Shown: one piece after another, positions 28,032 to 37,117 of the stretch
Numbering within the stretch: position 1 is the first letter of the stretch
How the letters are laid out: each line of letters starts with the position of its first letter
Source of the DNA: an uncultured Acidobacteriaceae bacterium
GTDB lineage: Bacteria > Acidobacteriota > Terriglobia > Terriglobales > Acidobacteriaceae
Assembly: GCA_963708225.1 (NCBI GenBank)
Contig: OY970199.1
Coordinates: 3,724,689 to 3,788,688 of the forward strand
Direction of reading: 5' to 3'
Length of the DNA: 64,000 nt
Notes under the pieces: model-generated
Told to the model about the DNA's origin: nothing
Databases searched by the model: none
The model's input: only the letters and a program-made list of their open reading frames with translations
Position numbers and translations under genes: made by a program

Positions 28032-28841
28032 GTGATTACGGCTGTGCCTACTATCCAGGGACCAAGCAAAATGGACGAAGGGAATGATCTAGGCGCCGTC
28101 CGGAGACAGGACGGCGATTCCTGGGTGCAGGCTTCCTGGCCGCCCTCGTTTCCTACAGGAAGAGTCGATATTTGGAGGCTGCGTCTCGATGAACCTTCGA
28201 AAGCAGACTCCGCCATCGTCCTGTCTCCCGATGAAATGGCCCGCGCCAACCGATTTCATTTCGAGAAAGACCGTATTCGCTTTACCCGATGCCGCTCCAC
28301 GCTCAGAATTCTTATTGCTGGTTACCTGTCCGTTTCGGCAGCGGAGATTTTTTTCCAGTATTCGACCAGCGGCAAGCCTGGCGTCATTACTGAGCAGAAT
28401 TCGCGAGCGCTGCAGTTCAACGTTTCGCATTCGGGCAACTTCGCGCTGATCGCGGTTGGCTGTGAGCATCGCGTGGGCGTTGATGTCGAGAAAATCCGCA
28501 CCGACGCCGACACGACCGCGCTCGCTGAGCGGTATTTCTCCATTCGTGAACGCGCTGGACTACGTACCCTTCCTGAACCTCTACGTGTATCCGCGTTCTT
28601 TGCCTGTTGGACCCGCAAAGAATCGTTTCTGAAGGCCACCGGCGATGGACTTTCGTTTCCGCTGGCCAATTTTTCAGTCACCACCGACCCCGACAGCAAC
28701 CCTGAAATCGAAGAGATCAATGGCAAGGCGGATGCTGCCAAACAATGGCGTCTGGCCGACCTCAAAGTGGCCGCCGGATACCGTGCCGCGCTGGCGATCG
28801 ACGGCTTTGATTCCCGGGTTGAAACCTGCGCTTGGAACTAA
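28032..28841 (+). CDS. Sfp-type 4'-phosphopantetheinyl transferase
   Basis: 'FNVSHSGNFALIA', 'GVDVEKI' and 'FFACWTRKESFLKATGDG' are the three conserved PPTase motifs. Divergent from the GT2 gene. The start is GTG 28032 or ATG 28071. Confidence 0.85.
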   Translation: MITAVPTIQGPSKMDEGNDLGAVRRQDGDSWVQASWPPSFPTGRVDIWRLRLDEPSKADSAIVLSPDEMARANRFHFEKDRIRFTRCRSTLRILIAGYLSVSAAEIFFQYSTSGKPGVITEQNSRALQFNVSHSGNFALIAVGCEHRVGVDVEKIRTDADTTALAERYFSIRERAGLRTLPEPLRVSAFFACWTRKESFLKATGDGLSFPLANFSVTTDPDSNPEIEEINGKADAAKQWRLADLKVAAGYRAALAIDGFDSRVETCAWN

Positions 28842-29026
28842 CTTGCCGCCCCAGCCACGCGAGCCTTGATGGGAACTATCCGCGGGAAAATAATGACGAA
28901 GTAGCCGAGTCGGGTTGTGCTAGACTCCTCCGTAAGTTCTGAAAGCCCTTCCCCGGGCCCGGTTTGGTGGATGCTGTCGTGTCCGCAGATTCCTACCGAA
29001 GCAGTTCTTCTCAGGAGTTATCCAGT

Positions 29027-31045
29027 ATGAAGCTTCGTCTATTCTCCCACTCATCATTCGCAGTTGTTGTTCTGGCCATTTTCGTTCTGACGCTGAATAG
29101 TGCCATCGCGCAGGCTAGCGATGGAATCCCTCTGGTCAACCAGCCGCTCGTTCCGGCGAGCGTTGCGCCGGGCTCATCCAGTCTGACGCTAACCGTGAAC
29201 GGAACGGGATTTGTCTCGACCTCAGTGGTGAACTGGAACGGAATTCCGCTGAATACGACTTTTGTGAATTCTCACCGACTGACTGCCGACGTTCCAAATT
29301 CCGCTCTTGTTTCTGCCGGCACTGCGTCTGTAACCGTTTCCAGTCCCGCGCCCATCGGCGGCACATCCAATGCCGTTCCTTTTGCGATCGTGACCCCAAC
29401 TGAGTCGGTTGCCTTTGGCAGGCCCATTTCTGCGGAATCGTCCGGCGGCAGTTTTGTGGTCGCGGACTTTAACAATGATGGCAAGGCCGATCTTGCAGTC
29501 GTCACCAACGAGCCGGACCCAACCTGCTATACGGCCGGCCACGATAATGTCGGAACGATCTCGATTCTATTGGGAAATGGCGATGCAACATTCTCCAAGA
29601 AGTCGACCGTATGTTTTCCCCAGATTGGCCTGGGTGACTTTCCGGGAATGCAAATTGTGGCTGGTGACTTCAACGGCGATGGCAAAACGGACTTGATTGG
29701 TACCTACTATGACGAGGGACTTTGGACCGTTGTGAGCTTTCTCGGCAATGGAGATGGGACGTTCTCGATTTCGAACGGGTTGGGATATTTCGATGAAATC
29801 CATGGGATTGTTGCTGGTGATTTTAATCATGATGGCGATCTGGACCTCGCCTTCCCGGTGCTGGCGATTGATGCGCAATTCGTTTTTGTCGCTTTAGGCA
29901 ATGGTGACGGTAGTTTTGGAGGCTGCTGTTCCAGCGGCTACTTAAGCGGCGTTTCACTTGTTACGGGCGATTTTGACAACGATGGATTCCTTGATTTGGC
30001 CGTGGTTGGCGTGAATGGTGTGACCATTCTTCTCGGCAATGGCGAGGGGACCTTCACTCCGGCTCCATCGCAACCCTCAGTGACTCTTGAGAGCGCGGCG
30101 TCCATTACTGCCGCCGATTTCGACGGCGACGGCATTCTCGACCTGGCGATTGCGGACGCAGGATCCACGGCCGTGACGGTTCTGAAGGGAATTGGTGGCG
30201 GCACATTCACACAGATCAGCGGAGAACCTGCACTTCCGCAGTCGTCCTCCTTTGTCACTGCCGCCGACTTGAACGGCGATGGAAAGCTCGACTTGCTGTT
30301 CTCAACCGGGACTACCACTTCTGTCCTTCTGGGCAATGGAAACGGTACATTTCAGCCTGCATTGAGCGAGGCGGGCACTGGCATGATCGGGGTTGCGGAT
30401 TTCAATGGAGACGGTCGTCCTGATCTCGTGGTCACGAATTCTGCCGGCAAGCTTTCCATACTGCGGCAGACGGTCCCTGCGCTCAGACTTTCCGTTACGT
30501 TAACTCCTGGTCAAGGTCCCTCCTACGTAGATCAGCCCCTGACATTTACTGCGGCAGTGGCGGCCACCCCGTTTAATCCAACCGGATCGATCACATTCAA
30601 ACAAGGATCTACGGTTCTCGGCACGGAGCCACTCGTCAATGGACAAGCCAGCTTGACTACGACCATAACCAAGTCAGGAATGTTGTCGATTGACGCGAGC
30701 TATTCGGGCGATCAGAGCTATCATGCCCGGAACTCGAAGGCGGTGACGCAGATCATCAATAAATACGCTGCGAGTATCGGTCTGACTTCAAGCCCTAATC
30801 CCGCGGCTCACGGTCAACCCGTCATGTTTACAGCGACCGTCGGGTCACCCGGGCCACTACCTACCGGAAGGGTGGTCTTCCAGAACGGAAGCGAACGGTT
30901 GGGCGCTGCGGATTTGGTTAGCGGCGTGGCAACCCTCACAAAGTCAAACTTGCCTTCGGGGAATTTAACAATTACGGCGACTTATGAAGGCGACGCGAAC
31001 TCCGAAAAGACTACATCCACGGTGCTGATACAGACAATCAACTAG
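29027..31045 (+). CDS. Secreted IPT/TIG + FG-GAP (VCBS-type) repeat + bacterial Ig-like (Big_3-like) domain protein
   Basis: ATG 29027 has an AGGAG SD. Signal peptide 'FAVVVLAIFVLTLNSAIAQA'. The IPT-like segment is 'LTLTVNGTGFVSTSVVNWNG'. There are about 7 repeats of 'ADFNGDGKxDL'. C-terminal 'TFTAAV...GSITFKQGSTVLG...YSGDQSY' and 'ATYEGDANS' units follow. Confidence 0.8.
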   Translation: MKLRLFSHSSFAVVVLAIFVLTLNSAIAQASDGIPLVNQPLVPASVAPGSSSLTLTVNGTGFVSTSVVNWNGIPLNTTFVNSHRLTADVPNSALVSAGTASVTVSSPAPIGGTSNAVPFAIVTPTESVAFGRPISAESSGGSFVVADFNNDGKADLAVVTNEPDPTCYTAGHDNVGTISILLGNGDATFSKKSTVCFPQIGLGDFPGMQIVAGDFNGDGKTDLIGTYYDEGLWTVVSFLGNGDGTFSISNGLGYFDEIHGIVAGDFNHDGDLDLAFPVLAIDAQFVFVALGNGDGSFGGCCSSGYLSGVSLVTGDFDNDGFLDLAVVGVNGVTILLGNGEGTFTPAPSQPSVTLESAASITAADFDGDGILDLAIADAGSTAVTVLKGIGGGTFTQISGEPALPQSSSFVTAADLNGDGKLDLLFSTGTTTSVLLGNGNGTFQPALSEAGTGMIGVADFNGDGRPDLVVTNSAGKLSILRQTVPALRLSVTLTPGQGPSYVDQPLTFTAAVAATPFNPTGSITFKQGSTVLGTEPLVNGQASLTTTITKSGMLSIDASYSGDQSYHARNSKAVTQIINKYAASIGLTSSPNPAAHGQPVMFTATVGSPGPLPTGRVVFQNGSERLGAADLVSGVATLTKSNLPSGNLTITATYEGDANSEKTTSTVLIQTIN

Positions 31046-31101
31046 GCCGTTTTGTCCTCCGCTGTAATAGGGTAACCTTCTCAGGGCGAGGGGAGGACGA
31101 G

Positions 31102-31767
31102 ATGTGTTTTTCAGCAACAGCGAACTTTGTAGGCAGCGGAGTTCTGGGGGCCGTAGGTGTCATCACGCTTACCAAAGTGAAGCATAGGCGTGAGCTGCTT
31201 TTCGCGGCGCTGCCGACGCTATTCGCCATTCACCAGTTCATCGAGGGATTTGTCTGGCTCGGGTTGGATGGGATTCTATCGCCTGCCGTCGCGCACGACA
31301 TGGGCGCGGCTTTTATGTTGTATGCGCAGGGGCTCCTACCTTTCCTGTTGCCGCTAAGCGTGTTTCTGTTCGAGCCCGACGGGAAAGGACGGAGGCGAAT
31401 GGTGCCGTTCCTGGTACTGGGCGGAACAACCACTTTGTATATTTTGTGGGCTTTGACGGCGTATCCGTTGGAGTTGTCCGTGAGGGGAAATAGTATCGTC
31501 TACCTCAATCAGGCAACGAACAATACAGCGGTGGCTGTGCTGTATGTGATCGCGACTTGCGGCTCGCTATTTTTTTCGAAGGTCAGGCCGATGATCATCT
31601 TCGGGGCGGCAAACCTGGCGATTCTGCTGGCTGTGATGGTGGTCAAGCGCTATGCATTTACCTCGCTGTGGTGTGCTTATGCGGCGGTTGCCAGCGTAAT
31701 CATTCTTGGTTACTTCTGGAAAACGAGCGGGAAGCGGCCGTTCGTCTACCTGGATCGTTTGTGGTGA
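31102..31767 (+). CDS. Polytopic membrane protein of unknown function (possibly DUF6629-like)
   Basis: GGAGG SD. About 6 predicted hydrophobic helices. The N-terminus 'MCFSATANFVGSGVLG' resembles what I recall of the DUF6629 family; this was not verified. Confidence 0.55.
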   Translation: MCFSATANFVGSGVLGAVGVITLTKVKHRRELLFAALPTLFAIHQFIEGFVWLGLDGILSPAVAHDMGAAFMLYAQGLLPFLLPLSVFLFEPDGKGRRRMVPFLVLGGTTTLYILWALTAYPLELSVRGNSIVYLNQATNNTAVAVLYVIATCGSLFFSKVRPMIIFGAANLAILLAVMVVKRYAFTSLWCAYAAVASVIILGYFWKTSGKRPFVYLDRLW

Positions 31768-31830
31768 TCGGATTTGGCCAGAAACGGATGATGCGCCGGA
31801 AAGAGCCATCCCATATAATGGCGCGCACGC

Positions 31831-34398
31831 ATGGCTCTTACCTCTGGCACGAAACTTGGTCCTTATGAAATTCAATCGCCGCTAGGCGCTGGCGGCATGG
31901 GCGAGGTGTACCGCGCTCGTGACGCGCGCCTTAGCCGCGATGTTGCCATCAAGATTCTGCCCGCCTCATTCTCCGCTGACCCGGATCGCTTGCAGCGTTT
32001 CGCGCAGGAATCACGCGCCGCTGCCGCACTCAATCACCCTAATATTCTTTCGATCTACGACATTGGCGAAGATCGTGGCGCGCCCTATGTCGTGTCTGAA
32101 TTGCTTGAGGGTGAGACTCTCCGCGACCGGCTGCGAAGCGGCGCACTCTCTTCACGCAAGGCCATCGAGTATGCCCAGCAGATTGCGCGCGGACTGGCTG
32201 CGGCGCATGAGAAGGGTATCGTCCACCGGGACCTGAAGCCGGAGAACCTTTTCATCACGAACGAAGGGCACGTCAAGATTCTCGACTTCGGGCTGGCCAA
32301 ATTCATCCATGCAGAGACCGACGCGTCCGACAATGCGCCGACCGTGCAGGTGGCCACGGAGGCGGGGACGGTTCTAGGGACTGCGGGCTACATGTCGCCC
32401 GAGCAGGTGCGCGGCAAAGCGGCCGATTCGCGCTCCGACATCTTTGCCTTTGGAGCGATTCTTTACGAAATGCTCTCCGGCAAACGCGCGTTTCACGGCG
32501 ATTCGGCCGCGGACACGATGAGCGCGATCCTCAAAGAGGATCCGCCGGAACTGACCGAGACGAACCGCAACGTTTCACCCGCGCTGGAGCGCATTGTCCG
32601 ACACTGTCTGGAAAAAAACCCTGCTGAGCGTTTTCAGTCGGCTCGCGACGTGGCTTTCAACCTCGACGCGCTCACCGATATCTCAGCATCGAGCCGCGGC
32701 GCGATGCGGGCAATCCCAGAGACTCGGACGGTGCGTCACTGGTTGTTGCCCTTGCTGGGTGGATTGCTGTTGCTGGCCTCGTGGGCGGGGATTTATAAAT
32801 TCGCGCATCGTGGTGTTGCCGCCAACCCGACGTTCCACGAAATTACTTTTCGTAATGGCACGATTTGGGATGCGCGTTTTGCGCCGGATGGGCAGACCAT
32901 CGTTTATGGAGCGGCTTGGGAGGGGCGGCCGCAGGAGATTTTCTCGACCCGTTTCGATAGTTCCGATTCGCGAGCTATCGGCCTTCCGCCCGCACAGATT
33001 CTTGCTATTTCCTCGAAGGGAGAAATGGCTGTTGCTTTGCACCCTGGAAATGCTTCGCCCTTCACGCAGTCAGGCACGCTGGCGCGCGTTCCGCTTGATG
33101 GTGGCGCTCCGCGTGAGGTGCTGGAAAATATTTCATGGGCGGACTGGGCTCCCGATGGCCAATCTCTGGCCGTGATTCGCTCCAACCCGGCGACTGGGCT
33201 TGGACGACTCGAGTTTCCCGCGGGCAATGTGATTTACGAACCGCTGGGCTGGGTCAGCCATGTGCGATTTTCTCCCAGCGGGGATTATCTTGCGATCGGA
33301 GATCACGTCAACGGCGGCGACGATGGCCGGGTCGTCATTATCGACCCGCACGGGAATCGCAAGGCTAGTTCGTCTTTCTATTCCAGCGTAGAGGGCCTGG
33401 CTTGGGGAGCTAATGGCAAGGAAGTCTGGTTCTCCGCCGTTCCCACTGGATCGGCTCGCGCCATTTATGCGCTGGACCTCTCGGGAAAGGAGCGGCTTAT
33501 TTATCGCGCGCCCGGCGGCCTGACAATCCACGATATCAGCCGCAACGGTCTGGTTCTATTAACGTCAGACAAATCCCGGCTCAGCATCTCCGCGCTTGCG
33601 CCCGGCGAGACGCACGAACGCAGCTTGTCATGGTTTGACTGGTCTTTATTGACCGACATGTCCGCGGACGGAAAGACCATCGTCTTCTCCGAGACCGGAG
33701 AGGCCGCCGGCGGGAACTCCAGCATTTTTATTCGTCACACGGATGGTTCACCGGCTGTCCGGTTGGGAGAAGGCGGAATTGGCAGACTCTCTTCCGATGG
33801 CCAATGGGTGCTCGCAGCCGTCGGATCTCCAGCCAAGCTGGTGCTGCTGCCGACTGGCGTCGGCGAACCCAGACAGCTCACTGACAACAAGGTGGAGCAC
33901 CTTGCGAGCGCCTGGGCGCCCGACGGTAAATCGATCGTTTTCTCCACCGTGGAGCCCGGACATGGTCCTCGCACCTATGCGCTCGACCTCCAGGGCGGCG
34001 CTCCGCGTGCGATTACCCCGGAAGGCACGGCGGGAGGCCTGATTACCCCGGACGGCAAATTCCTGTTGGCGGTGGACGGCAAAAGACAGCGCTGGCTTTA
34101 TCCGCTTGCCGGCGGAGAGCCGCAGAAATTCAACGTGGTCCCGAATCCGAATGAGCGTGTCATGCGCCTTTTTGATGGCGGCAAGAGCCTGCTGGTGCGA
34201 ACGACGACGGTTCCTGCCCAGGTCACGCGAATCGATATTGCGACCGGCCATCGCGAACCATTGAAAGAAATCGCCCCGGCCGATCCGGCGGGCGCGCAAG
34301 CTATCCCTAGCCTTGTGTTCAGCGCGGATGGGAAATCCTATGCGTACTCTGTCGGACGTATCCTCTCGGACCTCTATGTTGTGGATGGCCTGAAATAG
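31831..34398 (+). CDS. Membrane Ser/Thr protein kinase with an extracytoplasmic TolB-like beta-propeller domain
   Basis: Hanks kinase motifs 'GAGGMGEVY', 'VAIK', 'HRDLKPEN', 'DFGLAK' and 'GTAGYMSPE'. TM helix 'WLLPLLGGLLLLASWAGIY'. The C-terminal half carries repeated 'PDGQ/SPDG/ADGK' WD40-like propeller motifs. Confidence 0.9.
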   Translation: MALTSGTKLGPYEIQSPLGAGGMGEVYRARDARLSRDVAIKILPASFSADPDRLQRFAQESRAAAALNHPNILSIYDIGEDRGAPYVVSELLEGETLRDRLRSGALSSRKAIEYAQQIARGLAAAHEKGIVHRDLKPENLFITNEGHVKILDFGLAKFIHAETDASDNAPTVQVATEAGTVLGTAGYMSPEQVRGKAADSRSDIFAFGAILYEMLSGKRAFHGDSAADTMSAILKEDPPELTETNRNVSPALERIVRHCLEKNPAERFQSARDVAFNLDALTDISASSRGAMRAIPETRTVRHWLLPLLGGLLLLASWAGIYKFAHRGVAANPTFHEITFRNGTIWDARFAPDGQTIVYGAAWEGRPQEIFSTRFDSSDSRAIGLPPAQILAISSKGEMAVALHPGNASPFTQSGTLARVPLDGGAPREVLENISWADWAPDGQSLAVIRSNPATGLGRLEFPAGNVIYEPLGWVSHVRFSPSGDYLAIGDHVNGGDDGRVVIIDPHGNRKASSSFYSSVEGLAWGANGKEVWFSAVPTGSARAIYALDLSGKERLIYRAPGGLTIHDISRNGLVLLTSDKSRLSISALAPGETHERSLSWFDWSLLTDMSADGKTIVFSETGEAAGGNSSIFIRHTDGSPAVRLGEGGIGRLSSDGQWVLAAVGSPAKLVLLPTGVGEPRQLTDNKVEHLASAWAPDGKSIVFSTVEPGHGPRTYALDLQGGAPRAITPEGTAGGLITPDGKFLLAVDGKRQRWLYPLAGGEPQKFNVVPNPNERVMRLFDGGKSLLVRTTTVPAQVTRIDIATGHREPLKEIAPADPAGAQAIPSLVFSADGKSYAYSVGRILSDLYVVDGLK

Positions 34399-34483
34399 AT
34401 TGATTTCGAGTCGAGGATTTCGATGCGGCGATTGGCAACAAGCCGGCGCTGAATACTTATTTCCCCAAAATATTTAGAGTTGA

Positions 34484-34513
34484 TGTCGATCTCGTCCACG
34501 GTCGTTCGACGTC
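34484..34513 (+). promoter_or_regulatory. Putative ECF-type promoter upstream of the first DGPF gene
   Basis: TGTCGAT-N12-CGTTCGACGTC. An identical motif with identical spacing occurs at 35042-35071, while the spacer matches at only 4 of 12 positions. It lies 73 nt upstream of ATG 34587. Confidence 0.5.
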
Positions 34514-34586
34514 CGAATGAAGAGAGATTCGGCTGGTCGAGACGGTCCGAATCCCACTCCAAATCGAAATGTTAAAAGGAGACAAG

Positions 34587-35012
34587 ATGCGATTCATGAT
34601 GTTGATGATCCCCAAGGGATATGAGAAAGCACACCCTGGGGCGATGCCGGACCCCAAAGCTGTTGTCGCCATGATGAAATACAACGGAATGCTGCAGAAG
34701 GCTGGGATATTGCTGGCGATTGATGGGCTGCATCCGCCTTCTATGGGCGCACGGGTCAGTTTTTCGGGGGGCAAGCCCAAAGTGACGGACGGACCCTTCG
34801 CCGAAGCGAAGGAGGTTATTGGCGGGTACTGGATGATTCAGGTGAAATCGAAAGAAGAGGCAGTGGAATGGGCATCGCGCTGTCCCGGTTCTGACGATGA
34901 GGTGATCGAGCTTCGCCAGGTCATGGAAATGTCGGAATTTCCAACTGAGGTTCGAGAGGCCGCAACTGGATTTGACGAATTGCCGGGACATTCAGGACGA
35001 AAAGTGTCCTGA
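34587..35012 (+). CDS. YciI-like DGPF-domain protein
   Basis: AAGGAG SD 6 nt upstream of ATG 34587. 'VTDGPFAEAKEVIGGYWMIQVKSKEEAVEWA' is the DGPF/YCII signature. Confidence 0.85.
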   Translation: MRFMMLMIPKGYEKAHPGAMPDPKAVVAMMKYNGMLQKAGILLAIDGLHPPSMGARVSFSGGKPKVTDGPFAEAKEVIGGYWMIQVKSKEEAVEWASRCPGSDDEVIELRQVMEMSEFPTEVREAATGFDELPGHSGRKVS

Positions 35013-35041
35013 TGCGGGCTCGAAGAAATAATTTCACGGCT

Positions 35042-35071
35042 TGTCGATTTCAGCGCAGTCCGTTCGACGTC
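35042..35071 (+). promoter_or_regulatory. Putative ECF-type promoter upstream of the second DGPF gene
   Basis: TGTCGAT-N12-CGTTCGACGTC, the second copy of the motif at 34484-34513. It lies 83 nt upstream of ATG 35155. Confidence 0.5.
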
Positions 35072-35154
35072 TAAATGAAGGCTGATTTCCGGCGGTTGAA
35101 ATTGCGCGGAAATCCCAGCCCGAACAAAAATAATAATTACAAGGAGATAGGACG

Positions 35155-35553
35155 ATGAAATTCATGATGTTGGTCAAGCACGCCGAGAATTACGGTCCTC
35201 CGCCCAAGGAACTTATGGACGCGATTGCGATCCTCGCCGAAGAGGCAGTCGAGGATCGCACAATGCTTGGAAGTGGGGGTCTGGGGCCAACTGCACAAAG
35301 CACGCGCGTCCGGGTTTCCAAAGGGAAGCTCACCGTGACCGACGGGCCTTTCACTGAGGCCAAGGAGGTTGTTGGCGGCTATGCGCAGTTTGAGCTGAAA
35401 TCAAAGGAGGAGGCCATCAAGGGAGCGGTGCGCTTCATGGAATTGCACAAGAAGCACTGGCCAGAATGGGAGGGCGAAACCGAGATTCGCCAGATATTTG
35501 GGCCGGAGGACTTCGCTCAATGCATGAACGAGCGCACGGGTACGAACGGGTAG
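35155..35553 (+). CDS. YciI-like DGPF-domain protein (paralogue)
   Basis: AAGGAG SD. 'VTDGPFTEAKEVVGGYAQFELKSKEEAIKGA'. Confidence 0.85.
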   Translation: MKFMMLVKHAENYGPPPKELMDAIAILAEEAVEDRTMLGSGGLGPTAQSTRVRVSKGKLTVTDGPFTEAKEVVGGYAQFELKSKEEAIKGAVRFMELHKKHWPEWEGETEIRQIFGPEDFAQCMNERTGTNG

Positions 35554-35622
35554 GGGCACGATATGTTGCCCGAGATCGCCCGGCTTGCGCTTCTGGATTG
35601 AAGCATGATGTGATCGGTAGCA

Positions 35623-36951
35623 GTGACTACCGACAGGCAAAGTTCGACCAAGGGTTCGATCGGCAGTACGATTGCCGCGGTCTGGAGGATCGAGTCTCCG
35701 AAGCTCATCGCTGGCCTAGCGCGAATTGTGCGCGACGTCGGTGTCGCCGAGGACCTTGCACAGGATGCTCTGGTTGCTGCACTCGAACAGTGGCCGAAGT
35801 CGGGCGTGCCGGATAACCCGGCCGCCTGGCTCATGGCCGCCGCCAAGCATCGCGCTATCGATTACTTCCGCCGAAACGCGCTGCTGGAGCGCAAGCATGC
35901 GGAACTCGGACGTGAATTCGCCGCGAAAGAGATGGTCGTGCCCGATTTTAATGCAGCCTTCGATCATGAGGGCGATGTCGGCGATGACCTGTTGCGCCTG
36001 GTTTTTGTTTCCTGTCATCCTGTCCTCTCGACCGAAGCGCGAGTTGCGCTCACACTTCGCTTGCTTGGAGGTCTGACGACCGAAGAGATTGCTCGCGCCT
36101 TTCTGGTTACGGAATCGACTATCGCTCAGCGTATCGTCCGCGCCAAGCGCACGCTTGCCGAAAAGCAAATTCCATTCGAAGTTCCGAGCGGTCCCGAACT
36201 CGCGGTCCGGTTGTCGTCAGTGCTTGAGGTCATTTATCTGGTCTTTAATGAGGGCTATTCGGCGACCACCGGGGATGATTGGATGCGGCCAGCACTCTGT
36301 GAAGATGCGCTCCGCCTGGGACGGATACTGGCTGAGATTGCGCCGCGCGAGCCCGAGGTGCACGGATTAGTCGCGCTGATGGAGATACAGGCATCGCGCT
36401 CCGCGGCTCGAGTCGGTTCGTCGGGAGAGCCGATTTTGCTCCTGGAGCAGAATCGAGCGCGTTGGGATCAACTGCTAATTCATCGTGGATTCACAGCGCT
36501 CGTTCGTGCGGACAACGCCCGTGCCGATAACGCTCGTGCAGAAAGACCCAGGGCTGGAATCGACGACGATTCACCGGGGCCCTATGCTTTGCAGGCGGCG
36601 ATCGCCGCGTGCCATGCGCGGGCGCGGACGCCGGAAGAGACAGACTGGGCACAAATCGCGACGCTCTATGGGGAACTCGTGCGCCTGGAACCGTCACCCG
36701 TGGTGGAGCTGAATCGCGCGGTGGCGATTGCCATGGCCTTCGGTCCTGCCGCTGGTCTTGAGCTCGTTGATGCACTCATTTCCGAATCCGCACTCGAAAA
36801 CTACCACCTGTTGCCGAGCGTGCGCGGCGACCTACTCCAGAAACTTGGCCGCATGGAGGAAGCACGAGCAGAGTTTGAGCGCGCAGCCAGCCTTACACGA
36901 AATAGTCGCGAGCGGGATTTGCTGATGGGGCGGGCGAGATCGTGCATCTGA
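35623..36951 (+). CDS. ECF sigma factor with a long C-terminal TPR-like extension (COG4941 / ECF42-like)
   Basis: Sigma-2 region 'DLAQDALVAALEQWPKSGVPDNPAAWLMAAAKHRAIDYFRR'. Sigma-4 region 'LRLLGGLTTEEIARAFLVTESTIAQRIVRAKR'. An extension of about 230 aa ends 'YHLLPSVRGDLLQKLGRMEEARAEFERAASLTRNSRERDLL'. GTG start. Confidence 0.85.
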   Translation: MTTDRQSSTKGSIGSTIAAVWRIESPKLIAGLARIVRDVGVAEDLAQDALVAALEQWPKSGVPDNPAAWLMAAAKHRAIDYFRRNALLERKHAELGREFAAKEMVVPDFNAAFDHEGDVGDDLLRLVFVSCHPVLSTEARVALTLRLLGGLTTEEIARAFLVTESTIAQRIVRAKRTLAEKQIPFEVPSGPELAVRLSSVLEVIYLVFNEGYSATTGDDWMRPALCEDALRLGRILAEIAPREPEVHGLVALMEIQASRSAARVGSSGEPILLLEQNRARWDQLLIHRGFTALVRADNARADNARAERPRAGIDDDSPGPYALQAAIAACHARARTPEETDWAQIATLYGELVRLEPSPVVELNRAVAIAMAFGPAAGLELVDALISESALENYHLLPSVRGDLLQKLGRMEEARAEFERAASLTRNSRERDLLMGRARSCI

Positions 36952-37117
36952 TCGCGTAGTTTCCGGGCGAGGCGAGGAATCCGCCGAAAATTGGGCACCG
37001 CGAGCGTCTAACCGTATTAGGTACTTTTGGGTACTTATAAATCGAATTCCTCTTCTTGTCTTACCCCTCCGATAGATTAAGCTTGATATTCACATCTTTC
37101 ACATCGGCGGAGAGTCC

